Assembly (NCBI GenBank): GCA_965240325.2 | Contig: OZ251242.1 | Coordinates: 1 to 64,000 of the forward strand | Direction: 5' to 3' | Source: Rebecca billardiae RCC1528 | Lineage: Eukaryota > Protista > Haptophyta | Length of the DNA stretch: 64,000 nt | Translations under genes and position numbers: made by a program | Shown: one piece after another, positions 56,701-64,000 of the stretch | How positions within the stretch are numbered: position 1 is the first letter of the stretch | Layout: every line of letters begins with the position of its first letter | The notes under the pieces: model-generated | Told to the model about the DNA's origin: nothing | Database searches by the model: none | The model's input: only the letters and a program-made list of their open reading frames with translations

Positions 56701-59700
56701 CCTAGTCCACCGCCAAGCCCGCCGCCATCGCCGCCGCCATCGCCGCCGCCATCGCCACCGCCGAGCCCGCCGCCGAGCCCGCCGCCGAGCCCGCCACCCT
56801 CACCACCGCCAAGCCTGCCGCCATTGCCTCCGCCCAGTCCACCACCAAGCCCGCCGCCATCGCCGCCGCCATCGCCGCCGCCATCGCCACCGCCGAGCCC
56901 GCCGCCGAGCCCGCCGCCGAGCCCGCTACCGTCGCTGCCGCCAAGCCCGCCGCCATTGCCACCACCCAGTCCACCACCAAGCCCGCCGCCGGCGCAGCTG
57001 CCATCGCCACCGCCGAGCCCGCCACCATTGCCTCCGCCCAGTCCACCACCAAGCCCGCCGCCATCGCCGCCGCCATCGCCACCGCCGAGCCCGCCACCCT
57101 CGCCACCGCCAAGCCTGCCGCCATTGCCGCCGCCCAGACCACCACCAAGCCCGCCGCCATCGCCGACGCCATCGCCGCCGCCATCGCCACCGCCGAGCCC
57201 GCCGCCGAGCCCGCCGCCGAGCCCGCTACCGTCGCCGCCGCCAAGCCCGCCGCCATTGCCACCGCCGAGCCCGCCGCCGAGCCCGCCGCCGAGCCCGCTA
57301 CCCTCACCACCGCCAAGCCTGCCACCATTGCCTCCGCCTAGTCCACCACCAAGCCCGCCACCGGCGCAGCTGCCTTCGCCGCCGCCATCGCCACCGCCGA
57401 GCCCGCCACCCTCGCCGCCGCCAAGCCTGCCGCCATTGCCACCGCCCAGTCCACCACCAAGCCCGCCGCCATCGCCGCCGCCATCGCCGCCGCCATCGCC
57501 ACCGCCGAGCCCGCCACCCTCACCAACGCCAAGCCTGCCGCCATTGCCTCAGCCCAGTCCACCACCAAGCCCGCCGCCGTCGCAGCCGCCATCGCCGCCG
57601 CCATCGCCACCGCCGAGCCCGCCGCCGAGCCCGCCGCCGAGCCCGCCACCCTCACCACCGCCAAGCCTGCCGCCATTGCCTCCGCCCAGTCCACCACCAA
57701 GCCCGCCGCCATCGCCGCCGCCATCGCCGCCGCCATCGCCACCGCCGAGCCCGCCGCCGAGCCCGCTACCGTCGCCACCGCCGAGCCCGCCGCCGCGCGA
57801 GCCGCCACGGCCGCCGCCATCGCCGCCGCCAAGCTCGCCGCCCACTGTGTCACCGGTGCCCCCACCGAGCCCGCCGCCTTCGCCGCCGCCGGTACCGCCG
57901 CCCACGCCGCCGCCACTGCCGCCGCCGCCGCCTCGCATGGAGCCGTTCACGCCGCCGTCACCGCCGAGCCTGCCGCCGAGCCCGCCACCCTCGCCACCGC
58001 CAAGCCTGCCGCCATTGCCTCCGCCTAGTCCACCGCCAAGCCCGCCGCCATCGCCGCCGCCATCGCCGCCGCCATCGCCACCGCCGAGCCCGCCGCCGAG
58101 CCCGCCGCCGAGCCCGCCACCCTCACCACCGCCAAGCCTGCCGCCATTGCCTCCGCCCAGTCCACCACCAAGCCCGCCGCCATCGCCGCCGCCATCGCCG
58201 CCGCCATCGCCACCGCCGAGCCCGCCGCCGAGCCCGCCGCCGAGCCCGCTACCGTCGCTGCCGCCAAGCCCGCCGCCATTGCCACCACCCAGTCCACCAC
58301 CAAGCCCGCCGCTGGCGCAGCTGCCATCGCCACCGCCGAGCCCGCCACCATTGCCTCCGCCCAGTCCACCACCAAGCCCGCCGCCATCGCCGCCGCCATC
58401 GCCACCGCCGAGCCCGCCACCCTCGCCACCGCCAAGCCTGCCGCCATTGCCGCCGCCCAGACCACCACCAAGCCCGCCGCCATCGCCGACGCCATCGCCG
58501 CCGCCATCGCCACCGCCGAGCCCGCCGCCGAGCCCGCCGCCGAGCCCGCTACCGTCGCCGCCGCCAAGCCCGCCGCCATTGCCACCACCAAGCCCGCCAC
58601 CGGCCCAGCTGCCATCGCCGCCACCGTCGCCGCCGCCGAGCCCGCCGCCGCGCGAGCCTCCACGGCCGCCGCCATCGCCGCCGCCAAGCCCGCCGCCGAG
58701 CCCGCCACCCTCACCACTGCCAAGCCTGCCGCCATTGCCTCCGCCCAGCCCACCACCGAGCCCGCCGCCATCGCCGCCGCCATCGCCGCCGCCATCGCCC
58801 CCGCCGAGCCCGCCGCCGAGCCCGCCACCATCGCCGCCACCGAGCCCGCCGCCCAGCCCGCCCCCGATGCCGCCGCCATCGCCGCCGCCATCGCCACCGC
58901 CGTCGCCGCCGCCCTCACCACCTCCGCCTAGCCCACCGCCCAGCCCGCCGCCGAGCCCGCCGCCGAGCCCGCCGCCGAGCTCGCCTCCGAGCCCGCCGCC
59001 GAGCCCGCTACCGTCGCAGCCGCCAAGCCCGCCGCCATTGCCACCACCAAGCCCGCCACCGGCCCAGCTGCCATCTCCGCCGCCATCGCCCCCGCCGAGC
59101 CCGCCACCGTCGCCGCCGCCGAGCCCGCCGCCGCGCGAGCCGCCACGGCCGCCGCCATCGCCGCCGCCAAGCCAGCCGCCGAGCCCGCCACCCTCACCAC
59201 CGCCAAGCCTGCCGCCATTGCCTCCGCCCAGCCCACCACCGACCCCGCCGCCATCGCCGCCGCCATCGCCCCCGCCGAGCCCACCGCCGTTCCCGCCTCC
59301 GAGCGCGCCGCCGAGCCCGCCGCCACGCCCGCCGCCGAGCCCGCCGCCCAGCCCGCCGCCGTCGCCCACACCGTCACCGCCGCCGAGCCCGCCGCCCTCG
59401 CCGCTGCCCAGCCCACCGCCGCCGCCACCGCCGCGCCCGCCGCCGAGCCCGCCGCCGAGCCCGCCGCCGAGCCCGCCGCCCTCGTCCCCGCCGCCGCTCC
59501 TGCCGCCGCCGCCACGCACGGAGCCCTTCACGCCGCCGGCGCGCCCGCCGCTTCCGCCGCCGAGCCCCCCGCCCGCGCCGCCGCCCGCGCCGCCGCCCTC
59601 TCCGCCGCCCTCGCCGCCGCCCGCGCCGCCGCCGCCGCCCGCGCCGCCCCCGCTCGCGCCGCCGCCGTCGTTCCCGCCCTGGGCCTCGCTCAGCTCGCTG

Positions 59701-62700
59701 CTGCTCTCGGCCGAGCCCACGGCTGTGCCGCTCGGCGGCGGCGCGGCGGCGGGCGGCGGCGCGGCGGCGCGCGTGCTCACGCTGAGCGGCGTCGGCTTCG
59801 GCCGCGCGGTGGGCGCGGTCCGCTCGTACTGCGCGGTGTACGCCGCCGCGCCTGGCGCCGCCGCGCCGTCCGACGACGCGATCATCGCCGGCCTCGCGCC
59901 CGCCGCCACCTCGGCCGCGGCGGTGCTCTCGGACGGGTCGGCGAGCTGCGAGCTGCCGGGCGGGCTGGGCGAGGGCTCGTACGCGCTGGCGCTGTGGCTG
60001 GGCGGCGCGGGGGGCGGCGAGGCGCACGCGGCGCCGACGCTGTTCGGCGCGCCCGTGCTCCGCGTCTTCGACCCGTCCGCGCTCGCCGTGCGCGCGCTCG
60101 GCCCCGCCGCCGGCCCGGTGGGCGGCGGCACCGTCGTCACGCTCGAGGGGCAGGGCTGGGACCGCGGGCTGCTGCGCGCGCGCGGGCTGTCGCTGTGCTG
60201 CGTGCTGCCGGCGCTGGGCGCGGGGTGCGCGGCGGGCGCGACGGTGCTGCCGCCGCGCAACGGCACGAGCCGCGCCGCGTGCACCCTGCCCGCGCTCGGC
60301 GCGCCCGGCGCGCTGAGCGTCGAGCTCGGCCTCTGGTCGGAGGCCAGCATGGCCGCCAGCATGGCCGCCGCAGCCGGCGGCGCCAACGGCACGAACGGCA
60401 CGGCGGGCGGCAACGGCACGTCCGCCGCCGCCGCGGGCCTGCTCGGCCGCAGCGCGTCGGCGGCGCGCTTCCACGCGTACGCGCCGCCCAACGTGAGCTC
60501 CGTGCTCCCCGCGTCAGGCCGGGCTCTGCACACGCGCGTCACGGTGCAAGGCGGCGGCTTTGCCGAGCTGGCCGCGGCCGGGCTGGGCCACCTGCTCGCC
60601 TTCGCGTTCGGCCGGGCGCAGGCGGCGGCCGCGCCGCTCGAGGTGGATCCGGGCGGGGAGTGGGCGGTGGTGCTCGCGCCGCACGGCCCGCCCGGCCCGG
60701 CGCAGCTCCTCGTCGCGCTCAACGGCCAGCAGTTTGCGCCCGCGCGGCGCGGCGGGCCGGGCGCGGTGTACTTTGAGCTCACGGACGGCGCGCACGCGCC
60801 CGTGCTCGAGGGGGCGAGCTTCGTCGCGGGGAGCTCGGGGGAGAGCGGCGGGCTGCGCGCGGCGGGCGTGGAGCTGCTGCTGCTCCGCTTCGACGCGGGG
60901 CGCGAGACCGACCGCGCCGGGATGGGCGGCGCTGTGGGCGACTGCGCGTCGGTGCTGGACGCGCGCACGCTCGCGCTCGTCACGGGCGACGGCGGCGGCG
61001 GCGGCGGCTCGGCGGGCGCGCGCGCCGCCGCCTCGGCCGCGTGCTACTGGCCGGACGCGTCGACGCTCGCGGTGCGGCTGGGCGCGGGCGCGGCGGTGCG
61101 GCCGGGCGACGTGGTCGGCGTGCGCGAAGGCGCGGTGCGCCCCGCGGAGTGCGCCTCCGCCCCCGCCCTCTGCGCCACGCTCCGTCTCAACAGCTCCACA
61201 GTGGCCATCGACGCAGACGCGCCGTGCGGCGCGCTCGGCGCGTGCCCGGAGCACGTGGCGGCGCTGCGCGGGCCGCGCGCGGTGTCGTCGTGCGCGGGCG
61301 CGAGCATCGCGCTCGACGGCAGCGGCTCGAGCGGCGGCGGCGGCGCGTTCGGCCTGCAGTTCGAGTGGCGGCTCGTGCGCGCACTCTCGGACGCAGAGGG
61401 CGCGGCGCAGCTGGACGCGGCGCTGCGCGCGCTGCCGCCGAGCGCCGCCGCGCCCACGCTGCGAGGGCTGCCCGCCGCGCCGCCCGCGGGCTCGGCCGGG
61501 TACACGTTCGCGATGCGCGTGCGCGCGAGCTTCGACGCGCTGGCCGAGCCGGGCGCCGCCGAGCCCGGCGCGTGGTCAGCGCCCGCCTTCCAAGCCGTGG
61601 CGCGCGCGCCGGGCGCGCCGCCGGCCGTCGACATCGACGGCCCGGCCGAGCGCGCGGTGCGGCCGGACGCGCGCACGACGCTGCTGGCGCGCGCGAGCCT
61701 CGCGCCGTGCTGGGCGGGCGGCGCGCGCGTGGCGTTCGCGTGGAGCCTGCTCGGCGTCTTCGACGGCGCGGGCGCGCCCCTCAACGACAGCGCCGCGCAG
61801 CCGTGGCCCGAGCTGCCGCCGCCGAGCGCGGGCGGCGCCTCGCTGTCGCTGCCGCCGCACGCGCTGGCCGCCGGCCGCCGGTACGAGCTGCGCGTGGCGG
61901 CGGCGATGGCGGAGGCGCCCGCGGGCGCGGCGGCGGCGGAGGCGCGGTGCGTGCTCGTCGTGCGCACGCTGCCGCTCGCCCTCCGCCTCGCCGACGCCGA
62001 GCGCCGCGTCGACGCGTCCGCGCCGCTCGAGGTGGACGCCTCGGCCTCGCGCGACCCAAACGTGCCGCCTGCGGGTGCGGGGGGCTCGCACCTGGTCTGG
62101 GCGTGGGACGTGCGGCGCGCGAGCGCGCCCGCGGGCGCGGGCGGCGGCGGCGTCTCCGCGCTGGGCCCGCCGCTCGCGCTGCCCAACGGCTCGCGCACCG
62201 CCTCTCCCGTGCTCCGCCTCCCGGGCGGCGCGCTCGGCGTCGGCTGGTACGTCGCGTCGGTCACGCTCAGCGCGCCTGGCCTCCCGCCCGCGCGCGCCTC
62301 GGTGGCGGTGGAGGTGGTGAACGGGACGGGCGGGCCGCCGCTGCCGACGCTCTCGCTCGCGCACCTCGGCGGCGCCGCCTCCAACCCGGACTGGCACGCG
62401 CTCGCGCCCAGCTCGGGGCGCGTCGTGCTGCAGGCGAGCCTCGACGCCGCCTCGCGCGCGCGCGCCGCGCGCGGCGAGGAGTCGTTCGCCTTCGAGTGGC
62501 GCGCGTACACGCTGGGCGCGGGCGGCGCGCGGCTGGGCGCCGGGCTCGAGCTCGCGGACGCGGGCGGCGTGACGACGACGGGCGCGGCGCTGCCCACGCT
62601 CGCCTTCCGCCCGGGCGCCCTCTCCGGCGGCGAGACGTACGTCTTTGAGCTCACCGTGCGCGGCTCAGCCTCGCGCGAGGCGCGCGCGGCCGTGCGCGTG

Positions 62701-64000
62701 CGCGTCAACCTGCCGCCGTACGGCGGCGGGCTGGCGGTGCGGCCGGCGGCGGGCGAGGCGCTGACCACGCAGTTCGAGTGCGAGGCGGCGGGCTGGCTCG
62801 ACGACGTGGAGGACGGCGCGGACGCGCTGCCCCTCAGCTACGCGTACGCGCACGCGCTCGCGGTCGACGACGACGGCGGCGACGACGGCGGCGACGACGC
62901 GCCCGGCGGCGGCGGCGCGCCGTCGCAGGCGCTCGGCCGCGGCGGCGCGGGCGTGGCGGTGCTGCGCGGCGTGCGGCTGCCGGGCGGGAACCGCACGCTC
63001 ACGGTCGTCGTGTCCGACGCGTGGGGCGGCGCGGCGTCGGCGCGCGCGCCCGTGGCCGTGCGCCCGCCGCCGCCGAGCGCCGCGCTCGGCGTAGCGCTGC
63101 GCGCGCTCGCGCAGCCGGGCGGCGGCCCGGTGCCGCCGCCGCTGCTCGGAGGCGGCGCCGCCGTCGCGAACGCGAGCACCGTCGCCGAGCTGGTCGCGGC
63201 GTACGGCGCGCTGCTCGACGAGGCGCGCGCGGCGGTCGCGCGCGCGGACGCGCCCGACGCGAAGCGGCTCGTCGGCCTGTTGGGCTGGCTGCTGCAGTAC
63301 GCGGGCGCGCTCGGCGCGCTCGCGCGCGCGGGCGGCGACGTGTCGGATCTGGGCGGGCTGGTGGTGGCGCTGCTGAACGTGACGGCGGGCGCGGCGGCGG
63401 TCGCGCCGCCGACGGCGGAGGCGCGCGCGCAGTGGGCCGCGGCGCTCGTCGCCGCGCTCGGCGGGCTCGGCGGCGCCGCGCTGCCGTGCGCCGCGCGCGC
63501 GTCCGCGCTCGCGCAGGCGGCGCAGCTCGTCGACGGCGCCGCGGCCGACGCGTCCGGCCTCGACGAGCCCACCGGACGCCTCGCCTTCTCCGCGCTCGGC
63601 GCGGCGCTCGCCGGCGCGGCCGTGGCGTGCGGCGTGGACGGCGCCGCGGCGCTCGAGGCGGCGGGCGCGGACGGCGCGGCGGCGCTCGCGCGCGCGCTGC
63701 TCGCGCGCGCGGCGCCGTCCGAGCCGGCGCTGGCCCTCGTGTCTGCGCCGCTCAACCTGACGGCCGCGCGGCTGCACGCGCCCACGCAGCTCGCGCTGCC
63801 GCTGTGGCTGCCCGGCGCGGGCGGCGCGGGCGGGATGCTCACGCCGCCCGCGCTCGCCGCCGCGCTCTCGCCGAGCGGCGCGCTGCTCGCCGTCGACGTG
63901 GTGCTCCTCTCCGCTGGCGCGAGCGCGCGCACGGCTGGCGCGCTCGGCGGCGGCGGCGCCTCTGCAGACGGCGTGGAGGGCGGCGCGCTCGCGTTGGGTA
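23787..64000 (+). CDS. Giant extracellular protein, 3'-incomplete, >13,100 aa: signal peptide + RCC1-type propeller + Ser-Pro3/4 stalk + IPT/TIG-like + REJ (polycystin-1-like). join(23787..23932,24027..24206,24394..24774,24938..25306,25466..25645,25920..>64000)
   Basis: Five GT-AG introns each restore a (K/R)C(W/F)G motif. Exon 6 reads in frame +1 from CWGDAATGQIG...EMGDALPPVGLPQ into PPPSPPPS and stays in register at every line checked. The in-frame ATG at 25990 yields no terminated ORF in the track, implying no stop before 64000. Confidence 0.9.
23870..26020 (+). other. RCC1/BLIP-II repeat domain, 7 blades
   Basis: Repeats such as SAGGSHTCAVLGDNTLRCWG, CFGQNSAGQLGQDDSDNRGDDPGELG and CWGAGTSGELGTGDNDSRGDDPNEMGDTLPTVQLG. 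Exons give half+1+2+2+1+half = 7 repeats. Confidence 0.9.
26026..59679 (+). repeat. 33.6-kb coding array of (AGC/TCG)-CCG-CCG-CCG encoding ~11,200 aa of extensin/HRGP-like Ser-Pro3/4
   Basis: 12/15-nt units. Variation is concentrated at synonymous third positions of Pro codons (CCG/CCC/CCA/CCT) and among Ser codons (AGC/AGT/TCN), which identifies the Pro/Ser frame as the coding one. Confidence 0.95.
59690..60790 (+). other. About three IPT/TIG-like Ig-fold domains
   Basis: SAEPTAVP...VLTLSGVGF; ALGPAAGPVGGGTVVTLEGQGW; NVSSVLPASG...RVTVQGGGF...LLVALNGQQF. Confidence 0.65.
61250..63065 (+). other. REJ (receptor for egg jelly/polycystin-1) module
   Basis: IALDGSGS...QFEW; LSLPPHALAAGRRYELRV; LEVDASASRDP; LAFRPGALSGGETYVFELTV; VNLPPYGGGLAVRPAAGEALTTQFECEAAGWLDD...PLSY; VVVSDAWGG. 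Confidence 0.8.

Noticed and set aside
26645-59515. Many Ala-rich ORFs (AAGSAAG / AAEPAAEP)
   Set aside because: Remaining frames of the same array, broken wherever CCT-AGC/AGT creates a TAG or CTA.
59994-63932. Listed ORFs over the 3' region (e.g. 60560..62320 +, 61044..62768 -, 62838..63932 -)
   Set aside because: Alternative-frame shadows. The domain-bearing frame is +1, continuous with the giant exon.

Overview
This is very GC-rich eukaryotic DNA with short GT-AG introns (typically 'gtgcgc...gcgcag') and TTAGGG-type repeats. The composition resembles a GC-rich microalga such as a pavlovalean haptophyte, which is an inference only. 1-9.5 kb is a patchwork of minisatellites, an interstitial telomere-variant array and short duplications, and it contains an intronless AEP primase/PrimPol-like gene that looks NCLDV-derived. 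9.8-17 kb holds four ordinary genes: a fucosyltransferase-superfamily GT, a small 2-exon hypothetical gene, ubiquitin-RPL40 (4 exons) and an F-box protein. 17.9-23.6 kb is a ~5.7-kb foldback-like inverted structure with 214-bp tandem subrepeats. From 23787 to beyond the window end runs one giant gene that the ORF track misses because its frame has no stop in the window. It encodes a signal peptide, a 7-bladed RCC1-type propeller split by five identically placed introns, ~11,200 residues of Ser-Pro3/4 extensin-like repeat, IPT/TIG-like domains and a polycystin-1-type REJ module, giving >13,100 aa with a >38-kb exon. The 9,778-aa poly-Gly and 9,780-aa poly-Arg ORFs in the track are shadows of this gene. 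All homology calls come from motif recognition by eye; no searches were run.
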